A stretch of 64,000 nt of DNA from the NCBI GenBank assembly GCA_963827965.1, contig CAWHCW010000018.1:188198-252197 (forward strand). Direction: 5' to 3'. Origin of the DNA: an uncultured Chloroflexia bacterium (GTDB lineage Bacteria; Chloroflexota; Limnocylindria; Limnocylindrales; CSP1-4). Below the pieces are notes generated by a model that saw only the letters and a list, made by a program, of their open reading frames with translations, was not told where the DNA came from and did no database searches. Below, in pieces: positions 30,669-41,488 of the stretch (positions within the stretch are counted from its first letter, which is position 1; each line of letters starts with the position of its first letter). A program made the translations under genes and the position numbers.

Positions 30669-31702
30669 AGGCGCTCCGCCTCCACGGCGTCGGCGACCTC
30701 CGCCTGGCGGACGAGCCGGCCCCGGCCCCGGGCCGGACGAGGCACTGGTCCGGGTGACGGCCGTCGGCATCTGCGGCTCCGACCTGCACTGGTACGAGGA
30801 GTCGGGCATCGGCGACGCCGTGCTGACGCGGCCGCTGTGCTGGGCCACGAGGCGGCCGGCGTGATCGTCGGCGGAGCCGCGGGCGGGCAGCGCGTCGCCA
30901 TCGACCCGCGATCCCGTGCGGCGGCCTGCGAGACTGCGCCGCTGGCCGCGGCCACCTCTGCCCGCAGCGTGCGGTTCCTCGGCCACTCGGCGACCGACGG
31001 CGCGCTGCGCGAGCTGCTGGCCTGGCCGCTCGCGAACCTCGTGCCCCTGCCCGGACTCGATCGACGACGCCGCCGGCGCGATGCTCGAGCCGCTGGGCGT
31101 GGCGATCCACGCGCTCCGCCTGGCCCGCGTCCGGCCGGGCGACTCGGTCGGCGTCTTCGGCTGCGGGCCGATCGGGCTGCTGGTCATCCAGCTGGCGCGC
31201 GCCGCGGGCGCCACGACCGTCGTGGCCACGGATCGCCTGCCTCACCGCGTCGACGCAGCCCGCCGCCTTGGCGCGGTCGCGGCCCTCGTGGACGGAGGCG
31301 ACCGAGCGCGCGGTCCTGCTGCGAGGCGACCGGTGGACGCGGAGTCGACGCCGGCGATCGAGGTCGCCGGCGACGACGACGCGATCGATACCGCGACTCG
31401 CCCTGGCGCGGCCGGCGGCCACGGTCGTCGTGGCCGGGATCCCGGCCGGCGACCACTCGACGATCACGGCCTCGATCGCCCGCCGCAAGGGCCTCGACCT
31501 GCGCTTCTCGCGGCGCATGAACCGGGCCTATCCCCGGGCGATCGCCCTCGTCGAGGCCGGCGTCGTCGAGGTCTCGTCGCTGGTGACCCAGCGGTTCCCC
31601 CTCGCCGACTTCGAGGCGGCGTTCCGCAGCGCGGTTCGTCGAGATGGCCTCAAGATCATCGTGAATCCGTCCGCCCCGGCGCGGGCCGGAGGCACGCCAT
31701 GA
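30665..31702 (+). CDS. zinc-dependent alcohol/polyol dehydrogenase (sorbitol/threonine dehydrogenase-like MDR); at least 7 frame breaks
   Basis: [51 protein letters not shown] and [11 protein letters not shown] are spread over all three frames. ATGA overlap with the previous gene. Confidence 0.6.
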
Positions 31703-31789
31703 GCACGCGGCCGCCGGCGCGAGGCCCGCGCCGGCTGACCCGGGGATCCCCTGGTCGGGCAGGCGGGCGAGACCCCCCACGGAGACACC

Positions 31790-32880
31790 ATGAACCCCAC
31801 TGCGCAGCTCAACCGGGCCGGCCAGAGCCTCTGGCTCGACAACATCACCCGCGACCTGCTGACGAGCGGCAGGCTGCAGCGCTACATCGACGACCTGGCC
31901 GTCACCGGCCTCACCTCGAACCCGACGATCTACGACAAGGCGATCGGCGGCACGGCCGCCTACGACGATGCCGTCCGGTCGGCCGCCGCGGGCGGCGCGG
32001 GCGGCGAGGGGATCTTCTTCGACCTCGCGCTCGACGACCTCACCCGGGCCGCCGACCTCTTCCGCCCGATCCACGACCGGACGGGCGGCGTCGACGGCTT
32101 CGTCTCGCTGGAGGTCTCGCCGCTCCTCGCCTACGACGCGGAGGCGACGACCCGCGAGGCCGCCCGGCTCCACGGCCTGGCCGGGCGCGCCGAACCTGTT
32201 CATCAAGATCCCCGGCACCGCCGAGGGCCTCCGGGCGATCGAGGACACGATCTTCGCCGGCGTGCCGGTGAACGTGACCCTCCTCTTCTCGCCGGCGCAC
32301 TACCTCGCCCAGGCCGACGCCTACACGCGCGGGATCGAGCGCCGCGTCGAGGCTGGCCTGCCGGCCCTACGTCGCCTCGGTCGCCTCGGTCTTCATCAGC
32401 CGCTGGGATTCGGCGGTCGCCGCCACGATCCCGGCCGACCTGAAGAACCGGCTGGGCGTCGCGGTCGGCCGGCGCGCCTACGCCGACTACCGCCGCTTCG
32501 TCGCGTCGGACCGCTGGCAGCGGCTGCTCAACGCCGGCGCCCGTCCGCAGCGACTCCTCTTCGCCAGCACCGGGACGAAGGATCCCGCGGCGTCCGACGT
32601 CCTGTACGTGGCGGGCCTGGCGGCGCCGCACACGGTGAACACGATGCCGGAGGAGACGCTCCTCGCCTTCGCCGACCACGGGTCGGTCGGCGACCTGCTG
32701 CCGGCCGATCCGGCGGCCGCCGACGCCCTCCTGGCGCGGTTCGCCGCTGCCGGCGTCGACGTCGAGGCGGTCGGTCGCGATCTCCAGGAGAAGGGCGCGG
32801 CGGCGTTCGTGACGTCCTGGACCTCGCTGCTGGAGCGGATCGCGGCCAAGGTCGCCGAGGTCGCCGGGGCGCCCCGTTGA
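31790..32880 (+). CDS. tal: transaldolase (long actinobacterial type); frame breaks near 32185 and 32368
   Basis: GQSLWLDNITRDLL, TSNPTIY, FVSLEVSP, NLFIKIPGT, SVFISRWD and FASTGTKDP. Confidence 0.85.
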
Positions 32881-32927
32881 GCTCGCTCGGTTCCGCGGAC
32901 GAGGTCTCTGCCGGACGGGCCGCCCGG

Positions 32928-33727
32928 ATGGCTCCCCGACGCGACCCGCTGATCCCCGCCCTGCCGAACCTGCGCGACGTCGGGCGGCCACCCGACGCGC
33001 GACGGCGGGCGCGTCCGCAGGGGCCTGCTCTACCGGTCCACCGACCTCAGCAGGGTCGACGGGACCGCGGCGGCGGCGCTCGGGCGGCTGGGCATCCGGA
33101 CGGTCTACGACCTGCGCACGGCGGGCGAGCGGGCGGGGCAGCCCGACCGGCTTCCGCCGGGCAGCGCCTACGTCGTGGCCGACATCCTGGGAGACGCGCC
33201 GGGGATGACTCCGGCCGAGTTCGCGACGCTCTTCGAGGCCCCGGCGGCAGCGACGAAGGCGCTCAGCGGCGGCCGGTCCGCCATGTTCTTCGTGACCGCG
33301 TATCGCGAGTTCGTGCGCCTGGACAGCGCGCGGGCGGGCTATCGGCGGCCGTTCTCCGACCTGGCTGGCGGCGCCAGCACGCCCGCCCTGTTCCACTGCA
33401 CCACGGGCAAGGACCGGACCGGCTGGGCAGCCGCCGCCCTGCTGATGCTCCTCGGCGTTCCCGACGACGCGGTCATGGAGGATTACCTGCTCAGCGGCCC
33501 GCGGCTGCTCCCCCTGGTCCGACCCATGGTTGACGCGTTCGCGGCGCGGGGCGGCGACGCCGAGCTGCTGTGGCCCCTCGTCGGCGTCCGACCGGCCTAC
33601 CTCGAGGCGGCCCTCGACGAGGTGCACCGGCCGGTACGGCTCGATCGACGGCTACTTCGCCGAGGGCCTGGGGATCGACGCCCGGGACCAGGAGGCACTC
33701 CGCGCGATGCTCGTCGAGCGCGGCTGA
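32928..33727 (+). CDS. tyrosine-protein phosphatase (Y_phosphatase3-like); frame breaks near 32985 and 33632
   Basis: NLRDVGG, LYRSTDL and the CX5R loop HCTTGKDRTG. Confidence 0.7.
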
Positions 33728-33860
33728 GCGCCCGCTCGCGCCCGTGCGGGCCGGGGGTGCGGCGGTCGCCGTCGTGCTCCCTTCCCCGACGCCGCCTCGA
33801 CGTTGCAGCCGCGCGCGCGATGCCCGTGGCCGCGCTGCCGAGCTCGGTGATCCGCCCCCG

Positions 33861-34436
33861 TCAGCCCGGGGCGCCGCGCAGGCGTTCCAGGGCGACCCGC
33901 TGGATCCCCATGATCGCGATCGCGTCGGTGATCCGGCCGTCGAGGGTCATGGCCAGCGCCTCCTCGAAGGGGACCCAGCGGACCGCGAGATCCTCGGTGG
34001 CCTCGGGTGCTGCCGTACCGCCGGCGAGGTCGCTGGCGACGTACAGGACGCCGGCTTCGTCGGTCACCGAGTTCGAGAGGTGGAAGCGGCCAAGCTCGCG
34101 CCAGCCGGCCGCGACGACGCCTGTCTCTTCGCGGAGCTCGCGGCGGGCGCCTTCGAGGGGGTCCTCGCCCGCCGGGACGCCGCCCTCGGGGATCTCCCAC
34201 GAGTAGGCATCGATGGGATAGCGGTGCTGGCCCACGAGCAGGACCCGGTCGTCGTGGTCGAGGGCGACGATCCCCGCGGCCAGCGACGCGAAATGGACGA
34301 CGCCGTAGATGCCGGGGCCGCCGTCGGGCCGAACCACGTCGTCGTGCCAGACCGTGACCCAGGGGTTCTGGTAGGCGACGCGGCGGGCGCGACGCCGCCA
34401 GGGGCCGATCACGGTGGGCGCGGGCTCACTGCTCAT
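33861..34436 (-). CDS. NUDIX hydrolase (ADP-ribose pyrophosphatase-like)
   Basis: Nudix box GGVPAGEDPLEGARRELREETG. Intact 191 aa. Confidence 0.85.
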   Translation of the reverse strand: MSSEPAPTVIGPWRRRARRVAYQNPWVTVWHDDVVRPDGGPGIYGVVHFASLAAGIVALDHDDRVLLVGQHRYPIDAYSWEIPEGGVPAGEDPLEGARRELREETGVVAAGWRELGRFHLSNSVTDEAGVLYVASDLAGGTAAPEATEDLAVRWVPFEEALAMTLDGRITDAIAIMGIQRVALERLRGAPG

Positions 34437-34534
34437 TCCCGCATCGTAGCGGGGCGGGGGACGGGACGACCGCGCTGCGTTCGTTCGCCCAGCTCGACCT
34501 CGTGGTCAGCCCGGCCTCGGTGACCTCCCCGGCA

Positions 34535-35026
34535 TCAGGCCTGCTTGAGCGCAGTCGCGATCTCGGCGGCCCAGGCGCGGATCTCGTCCCACGGCCGGAA
34601 GTCGCCCTCGGGAGCCCGGACCGCGGTGAGGAGGACCTTCTCGCCGAGACCGAGCCGGCTTCGGTCGACCTGCCCGGCGAAGACCCGGTGCTCGCGGGCG
34701 CCCGTCGCCGCGATGAGGTCGCCGACGTCGACCGGCTCGTCGTCGGGCTTCGGCTCGTGGCCGACCGGCCCGCTGGAGAAGAACCAGACCGGCCGGGTCG
34801 CGATCTCCTTCGAGTAGCGCTCGACGAAGTTGACCGCGGAATCCATCCAGTGGCCCACGTAGACGCTGCTGCCCAGGATGATGGCGTCGTATCCGTCGAG
34901 GCTCGTCACCGCGTCCGGCGGCAGGACGGCGGTCTCGAACCCGGCGGCCACGAGCGTCGCGCTGATCTCCTCGGCGATCTCGAAGCTGGCGCCGTGCCGG
35001 GAAGCGACGCTGACAAGGACCTTCAT
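34535..35026 (-). CDS. flavodoxin-domain protein (HemG/flavodoxin_5-like)
   Basis: MKVLVSVASRHGASFEIAE... and ILGSSVYVGHW. I prefer the internal ATG 35026 over the ORF-track start at 35245. Confidence 0.7.
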   Translation of the reverse strand: MKVLVSVASRHGASFEIAEEISATLVAAGFETAVLPPDAVTSLDGYDAIILGSSVYVGHWMDSAVNFVERYSKEIATRPVWFFSSGPVGHEPKPDDEPVDVGDLIAATGAREHRVFAGQVDRSRLGLGEKVLLTAVRAPEGDFRPWDEIRAWAAEIATALKQA

Positions 35027-35288
35027 GGGGCGCGTCCTCTGGGGCGGGATCCGGGGGAACCGGGCGGACCCCTGTCGTCCCCAGACCGTACCGGCGGGGC
35101 CTTCCACGGCGCAGGGCCGAAGCGCCCGGAAACGCGCGCCGATCGTCGCTCCGACCCGGGCGCCCCGCGGACGGCTGCGCGCCGTCGGTTCTCGGACCGC
35201 TGCGATTTCGTGACCTCGGCCCCTACCGCGCCGACCGCCCAGCACCCATCGTTCGGGGACGAGCAGCCCGGTTGCCTGGAGGTGAAGG

Positions 35289-35493
35289 ATGACCGCGCGG
35301 GTTGGAGATCGGATCGTCGTCGAGTCGCGAGAAGGTGGGCCAGGCGGCGCGCGAAGGCGCGATCCTCGAGGTCATCGAAGCGTCGTACGGGATCCGCTAC
35401 CGGGTCCGTTGGGACGACGGCCACGAGAGCACGATCCGGCCATCGGCCGGGAGCGCCCGGACCATCGACGGGCCGGCATCGAAGCCGACCTGA
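35289..35493 (+). CDS. DUF1918-like small protein; frame break near 35328
   Basis: MTARVGDRIVVES (frame of ORF 35289..) continues as ...GAILEVIE..YRVRWDDGHESTIRPS (ORF 35302..35493). Confidence 0.65.
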
Positions 35494-35538
35494 TCGAGCG
35501 GTCGCCGGCCGAGGCCGGCGACCTGCGGGAAGGCGATC

Positions 35539-37060
35539 TCAGGCCCGGGATCGCGCCTCCGCGGCGGCCCGTCCGTCGGGCGCGAACCGCTCGCCCGGCA
35601 GGGCCGCGAACCGCTCGCCCGGCAGGGCCGCGAACCGCGGGCGCACCTCGTGTCGGAGAGCCGGGTCGTGGCGCCGGTCGCCCGGGCGCGGAGCGTGCTG
35701 GGGGCGCGGTGCCGGGTGCTGCGGACGCGGCACGGCGCGCCCGGGGGCCTCGTGCCGACCCCGTGGTCGGCCCGACCGCCCGGGATCTGGCCCGCCGACC
35801 GAGCCGGTCGGAGGTGTCGCGTGCCGGCGTCCCCGCCGCGGGGCCGGGCCGCCATCCCCCGGTGCTCGGCGGAGCGAAGGCGGATCGGCTCGGGGGCGAT
35901 GGAGCGGTCGGGCTCGAAGCCCGGGACGACTTCGACGGCGATCACGCGACGGAGGAGCCGCTCGATGTCGTGCAGGAGCGGCGCCTCGTCGACGCAGACG
36001 AGCGAGATCGCCATCGCCGTCCGCGCCGGCCCGCCCGGTCCGGCCGATCCGGTGGACGTAGTCCTCGGGGACCATCGGCAGCTCGTAGTTGACGACGTGC
36101 GGCAGGGCGTCGATGTCGAGCCCGCGGGCCGCGATGTCGGTCGCGACGAGGACGGCGACCCGGCCCGCCTTGAAGTCGGCCAGGGCGCGAACGCGCTGCG
36201 CCTGGCTCTTGTTGCCGTGGATGGCGGCGGTCGCGATCCCGTCGCGGGCGAGCTGCTCGGCGAGCCGGTTGGCGCCGTGCTTGGTCCGGGTGAAGACGAG
36301 CGCCTGGTCGATGCGACCGCCGCGCACGAGCGAGCTCAGGAGCTCGCGCTTGCGCTCGCGGTCGACCGGGTGGACGACCTGGCGGACCAGCTCGGTCGCG
36401 GTGTTGCGGGGGGCGACGTCGACTTCGGCAGGTCGTCCAGGAACCGGTTGGCCAGCTCGCCGGATCTCGTCCGAGAAGGTCGCCGAGAAGAGGAGGTTCT
36501 GGCGGCGCTGCGGCAGGAGGGCGAGGATCTTGCGGATGTCGCGGATGAAGCCCATGTCGAGCATCCGGTCCGCCTCGTCGAGGACGAGGATCTCGACCTG
36601 CGAGAGGTCGATCGTGCGCTGGCCGACGTGGTCGAGGAGGCGGCCGGGCGTCGCGACGACGATCTGGGCTCCGGCGCGCAGGGCGCTCGACCTGGGGGTC
36701 GAAGCCGACGCCGCCGTAGATCGTGATCGAGCGGATGGGCCGGCGGGCGCCGTAGGTCCGGACGCTCTCCTCGACCTGGAGGGCGAGCTCGCGGGTCGGG
36801 ACGAGGATGAGGGCGCGGACGTGGCGTCGCGGCGCCGCGCGGCGATCGTCGTGGCGGGCCGCCTCGCCGTGGAGGCGCTGGAGCATCGGCAGGACGAAGG
36901 CGGCCGTCTTGCCGGTGCCGGTCTGGGCGCCGGCGAGCAGGTCGCGGCCGGCGAGGACGAGCGGGATGGACGCGGCCTGGACGGGGGTGGGCTCGGTGTA
37001 GCCCTGGTCCGCGACCGCGCGGAGGAGCTCGGGCGTCAGCCCGAGATGATCGAAGGACAC
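35539..37060 (-). CDS. DEAD-box ATP-dependent RNA helicase (RhlE-like) with a basic C-terminal tail; at least 5 frame breaks; 3' end uncertain
   Basis: [38 protein letters not shown] and [13 protein letters not shown] 37060 has an AGGAG SD. Frame changes near 36690, 36565, 36470/36430, 36010 and about 35880. Confidence 0.8.
35581..35638. repeat. 24-bp direct tandem repeat (2.4 copies) in the helicase tail region
   Basis: CGCGAACCGCTCGCCCGGCAGGGC at 35581-35604 and 35605-35628, then 10 further matching nt. Read as RFAALPGE x2 on the minus strand. Confidence 0.85.
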
Positions 37061-37243
37061 GAAGTGCTCCTGACGGGGCCCTCCCGCACGGTGCGGGGCC
37101 CGGTCAGGGCGCTGGGGTGGATCGAGATCGGCGGCATGGGAACCGGGGCGCTGACCGGAGCGCCCATCGAGCACGAGAGGACAGCAGTCTACGCGAGATC
37201 CCCGGGTGACGCCCGCGACGCGACCGCGATGGTTGGCCTCGTG

Positions 37244-37555
37244 TCAGCCCTCGGCGGTGACCGGCTCGAGGTCGATGGTGCGGACCTGTCGGCTGCGCCC
37301 TGCCTCCGTGCGCACCGTGGCCGCCGGGACGACCGACCCGCCGAGCTTCTCGATGACCGCCAGCTCGCCGGCGTAGAGGCCGGTTCCGAGGATCCGGACG
37401 CGCTGCCCGACGGCGAGGCCGGCCCGGCCACGGCGGGCGGTCAGGTCGATGGCGACCACGCTGGTCCGGACGATCGGTGCCTCGCCCGGCGGGAAGGCCG
37501 GCGCCTTCGGGGGCGTGCGCTTGACCGGATAGACCACCTTGCGCTTGCGGGCCAC
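37244..37555 (-). CDS. hypothetical small basic protein (103 aa)
   Basis: Intact ORF whose start directly abuts the stop of the upstream small ORF. Basic N-terminus MARKRKVVYPVKR followed by a beta-rich-looking core. Confidence 0.45.
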   Translation of the reverse strand: MARKRKVVYPVKRTPPKAPAFPPGEAPIVRTSVVAIDLTARRGRAGLAVGQRVRILGTGLYAGELAVIEKLGGSVVPAATVRTEAGRSRQVRTIDLEPVTAEG

Positions 37556-37813
37556 CTAGCGCGGTCTCCGCGTGCGGGTGACATCCTTCGGCGGCTTCGG
37601 CTCGTGGCCGGGGCGCGGCGGATTCGGGCTCGTGCCGGGAGCCATGTCCGGCCGCGGCGGAAGGGGCCCGCGAGCCCGCGCCGACTGGACCGCGTGCTCG
37701 AACTCCCGGGCCACGTTGGCGGGAGTGCTGGCCGCCCAGGCCGCCTGGATCTGGCGAACCCGGTCGGTCTCCGCAGCGCGCTGGGCGCGCTCGTGCCTCG
37801 ATCGCTTGGTCAT
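37556..37813 (-). CDS. hypothetical small basic, proline-rich protein (85 aa)
   Basis: ATG 37813 with a GAGG SD. High third-position GC. No recognisable family. Confidence 0.4.
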   Translation of the reverse strand: MTKRSRHERAQRAAETDRVRQIQAAWAASTPANVAREFEHAVQSARARGPLPPRPDMAPGTSPNPPRPGHEPKPPKDVTRTRRPR

Positions 37814-38024
37814 CCGTACCTCGCGTTGCCGCGCCTGCGGCGCGGGTCTGCACGGAGTGTACCGCGTGATCGCGCGGGAGCCCATGCGGGTCCCCCCGTT
37901 GCGCCGCGACCCGCTCCGGACGGGGACGCGGTCCATACAATCGCGGGGACCACACCCTCGGAGCGCGCCAATCTCGTTCCGCGTGCTGCCCAGCCCACGC
38001 CCTTCGGACAGGAGTCGGACGACG

Positions 38025-39228
38025 ATGAAGGCACACTCGATCACGATGCTCGGCAGCGGGCTGATCGGCGACTTCTACACCATGACCCTCCACGGCCAGC
38101 GCGGCCGCGATCGCGTCCGTGTCGTCTACTCGCGGAGCGAGGACCGCGGGGCGGCCTTCCGCGAGCGCTGGGGCATCCCCGAGTCGACGACCGACATGGC
38201 CGCCGCGATCAACCACCCGGACACCGACGTCGTGATCGTCGCCCTCCCGAACCATCTCCACGAGGAGGCCGTCACCGCGGTCGCCCGGGCCGGCAAGGCC
38301 GTCCTGTGCACGAAGCCACTGGGCCGCAACGCCGCCGAGGCCCGCCGGATGCTCGAGGCGGTCGAGAAGGCCGGCGTCTTCGCGGGCTACCTCGAGGACC
38401 TCTGCTACACGCCGAAGACGCTCAAGGCGATCGCGTCGGTCGCAGGCGGGCGCCATCGGCGACGTGACGTGGGTGCGCTCGCGGGAGACGCACCCCGGAC
38501 CCCACTCCGCCTGGTTCTGGGACGGCCGGCTGACCGGCGGCGGCGCCATCATCGACCTCGGCTGCCACTGCATCGAGATCGCCCGCAACTTCGTCGGCAA
38601 GGGGAACCGCCCGCTCGAGGTGATGTGCCACACCGACACCCTGGTCCACCCGATCGCCGACGAGGACAATGCGATCGCGCTCATCCGCTTCGAGTCGGGC
38701 GCCATCGGCCAGTTCGAGGTGAGCTGGACGTTCCGCGGCGGGATGGACCTCCGCGACGAGGTGGCCGGGACCGGCGGCACGATCTGGATCAACCACTTCC
38801 TCCGCACCGGCTTCGAGATGTTCACGGCCGGCGGGGGGAGCGGCTACGTGGCGGAGAAGGCCGAGACGTCGGCGGGCTGGCTCTTCCCGGTGGGCGACGA
38901 GGTCTCGGAGCTCGGCTACGTGGACATGTTCACCGACATGTTCGACGCGCTCGAGGGCGGGCGCTCGCCCCAGGAGACCTTCTACGACGGGTACGTCGTC
39001 AACGCGATCATGGACGCGGCCTACGCATCGGCGAAGAGCGGTCGCTGGGAGCCCGTCGACCTGTTCGAGTGGCGCGGTGGCTCGACACCCCGCATCGGCT
39101 CGACGCCCGAGCTGTACGAGGGCCACGTCGTGATCAAGCGGGAGATCCTCCCCGACGGGCGCCACAAGCTCATCCTCAAGGATCCCGCGTCGGGCAGCTT
39201 CGTCGACCGCGTGGTCGCCGGCGGATGA
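38025..39228 (+). CDS. Gfo/Idh/MocA-family NAD(P)-dependent oxidoreductase; frame break near 38450
   Basis: [34 protein letters not shown] and [23 protein letters not shown]. Confidence 0.8.
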
Positions 39229-39345
39229 CCTTCCGACTCGACGTGCTGCCGGCCAGCCGGCCGCGCCGCCACCCTGCCCTGCGGGCCGGCGGGGACGCGC
39301 CCGCGGCCGTCGGCCCTGCGCCGGCGCGCCTGAGCGGCGGGGCCG

Positions 39346-39351
39346 TATTCT
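39346..39351 (+). promoter_or_regulatory. -10-like hexamer TATTCT 7 nt upstream of GTG 39359 (leaderless candidate)
   Basis: TANNNT hexamer with the spacing expected for a transcription start at or next to the start codon. No SD is present. Confidence 0.3.
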
Positions 39352-39358
39352 TGGCGCC

Positions 39359-40207
39359 GTGAGCCTCTTCGAGCTGGGCAAGCATCCAGACCTCGTCGCA
39401 CCCGTCCTGGTGGCCTCGTTCGACGGCTGGGTCGACGCGGGCGCTGCCGCCACGACCGCGGCGGCCCGCCTGGCGGAGGGCGCCGAGACGATCGCGACGT
39501 TCGACGCCGACCGCCTCTACGACTACCGGGCCCGGCGACCGACCCTCGAGATCGTGGACGGCAAGCCGGATCGACTGACCTGGCCGGAGCTGACGCTCCG
39601 CTGGGTGCGGTTCGGGGAAGGCGACCTGCTGATCCTCTCCGGGCCGGAGCCGGACTTCCGCTGGCACGAGCTCGAGCAGGCCGCGGTGGACCTCGTCCGG
39701 CGCCTGGAGGTTGCCGCCTGGATCAGCCTGGGCGCAATCCCGGCCGCCGTCCCCCACACGCGACCGGTGCCGATCCTGGGCACCGAGTCACGCCCGGGTC
39801 TCCTCCGCGGGGGCGTGACGGCCGGGCCCGACGGCGTCCTGCGGGTCCCGTCCGCCGCGATCTCGGTGCTGGACCTCGCGGTGAGCGGGGCCGGCGTGCC
39901 GACGGTCGGCTACTACGCCCAGATCCCCCACTACGTGACCGGCGACTACCCGCCGGCCTCGGTGGAGCTCCTCCGCCTCGTCGGCCAGCACCTCGGGGGC
40001 GACGTCGCGATGGGCGAGCTGCGCGACGAGGCACGGCGGGTCCTCGCCCGTCTCGCCACCGCGACCGCAGCGGACGATGCCACGCGGGCCTACGTCGAGC
40101 GCCTGGAGGCGATGGTCGACGAGGCGCGCCGGCCGGCCGGCGACGACCTGATCAGCGAGATCGAGCGCTTCCTGCGCGACCAGGGCGGCTCCGGCGAGCG
40201 CGCCTGA
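39359..40207 (+). CDS. PAC2 (proteasome assembly chaperone 2-like) family protein
   Basis: [24 protein letters not shown] and PHYV. Intact 282 aa. Confidence 0.75.
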   Translation: MSLFELGKHPDLVAPVLVASFDGWVDAGAAATTAAARLAEGAETIATFDADRLYDYRARRPTLEIVDGKPDRLTWPELTLRWVRFGEGDLLILSGPEPDFRWHELEQAAVDLVRRLEVAAWISLGAIPAAVPHTRPVPILGTESRPGLLRGGVTAGPDGVLRVPSAAISVLDLAVSGAGVPTVGYYAQIPHYVTGDYPPASVELLRLVGQHLGGDVAMGELRDEARRVLARLATATAADDATRAYVERLEAMVDEARRPAGDDLISEIERFLRDQGGSGERA

Positions 40208-40226
40208 TGCCGTCGCGGGCCGCCGC

Positions 40227-41481
40227 TCAGCCCGAGAGCAGCGGCGCGATCCCCCGCCGGTAGACGGCCTCCCACGAGTACTCCGTCCGGACCCGGCGGG
40301 CGAACGTTGCGAGCGCGTCACGGTCAAGCCGGGCCAGCACCAGGGCGGCGACGCGAGCGGGATCGGCATCGGGGTCGACGTACAGCGCGGCCTCGCCGGC
40401 CAATTCACGGAGCGCCGGCAGGTCGGAGCAGATGATCGGCAGCCGGTGGACGGCCGCCTCGAGGATGGGGATGCCGAACCCCTCGTCGCGACTGGGAAGG
40501 AGCAGGAGGTCAGCGAGCCGATAGAGATCGTGGACCAGGGCCTCGCTGGCCGGCTCGGGCAGCAGCTCCGCGAGGAAGGCGGCGGCCTCGTCGAGGCCCA
40601 GCTCTCGCCGCAGGCCGACGAGGGTGGCGAAATAGGCGCTGGCCGCGGCATCGTGGGGATCGACCGGGCCGGTGACCACGAGCCCGGCGCTCGGCCGCCC
40701 GTTCGCGCGCATGGCCGCGACGACGCGCAGCGCCAGCTCGATGTTCTTGCGCGGCGTGACTCGGGCCGGCAGCAGGATGAGCGGATCGAAGGTGAGGAGG
40801 TCGGCGGCGCGGATCAGGCCGATCGTGGCGTCGGCCAGCCCGAGGAGCGCCGCGACGTCGACCCCGTCGGGCACGACTCGGACTGTCGCCGATGGGCACA
40901 CCCTGGAGCACGGCGAGGTCCGCGCGACGGGCCTCGGAGATGGCGACCAGGGTGGCGCCGGGCCACGCCCTGCGCAGGAGGTCCCATGGGTGGCCCCCGT
41001 GGAGCGTCGACCGGTAGGCTGGCAGCGTCCAGGCCAGGTCGTGATGCCAGAGGATCAGGCGCGGGGCACCCGCCTGCGTCGCGTGCGCGTGCAGGGCGGC
41101 GGTGAGCGCCAGGTTCAGGTTCAGCGAGGCCACGTTGTGAGCGATGACGACCTCGACGTCGCCGAGCGCGGCCGCGAGGTCGTCGGCGAGGGCGGCCACG
41201 GCCGCGTCGAACGAGGCCGGGATCCGACCGGCGTCGAGGTCGGCCTGGAGCGCGACGACGTCGGGGTGCCGAGTGTCGGCGAGGGGGATGCCGACGAAGG
41301 CGACGCGGGGATCCGGGGAGGCGCCGCGGCCCGCCACGATCCGAACCCGGTGGCCGGCGTCGGCCAGGAGGCGGGCATGCTCGCCGAGCACGCGCTCGAC
41401 GCCGCCGATGACCGGTGGCGATGTGTAATGGATGATGGCGATCGTCCGCGGCTGCGCGCTCACGCTCGGCGCGAGGTCCAT
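40227..41481 (-). CDS. GT4-family glycosyltransferase; frame break near 40895
   Basis: [19 protein letters not shown] at the N-terminus and [15 protein letters not shown] (GT4 EX7E region) at the C-terminus. Joined from ORFs 40510..41526 and 40227..40901. Confidence 0.75.
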
Positions 41482-41488
41482 GACACCA

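Noticed and set aside
35027-35288. The 262-nt divergent intergenic region between the flavodoxin and DUF1918 genes as a possible riboswitch or sRNA.
   Set aside because: I could not recognise any known riboswitch core or a convincing conserved-looking structure. GC-rich sequence forms many trivial hairpins.
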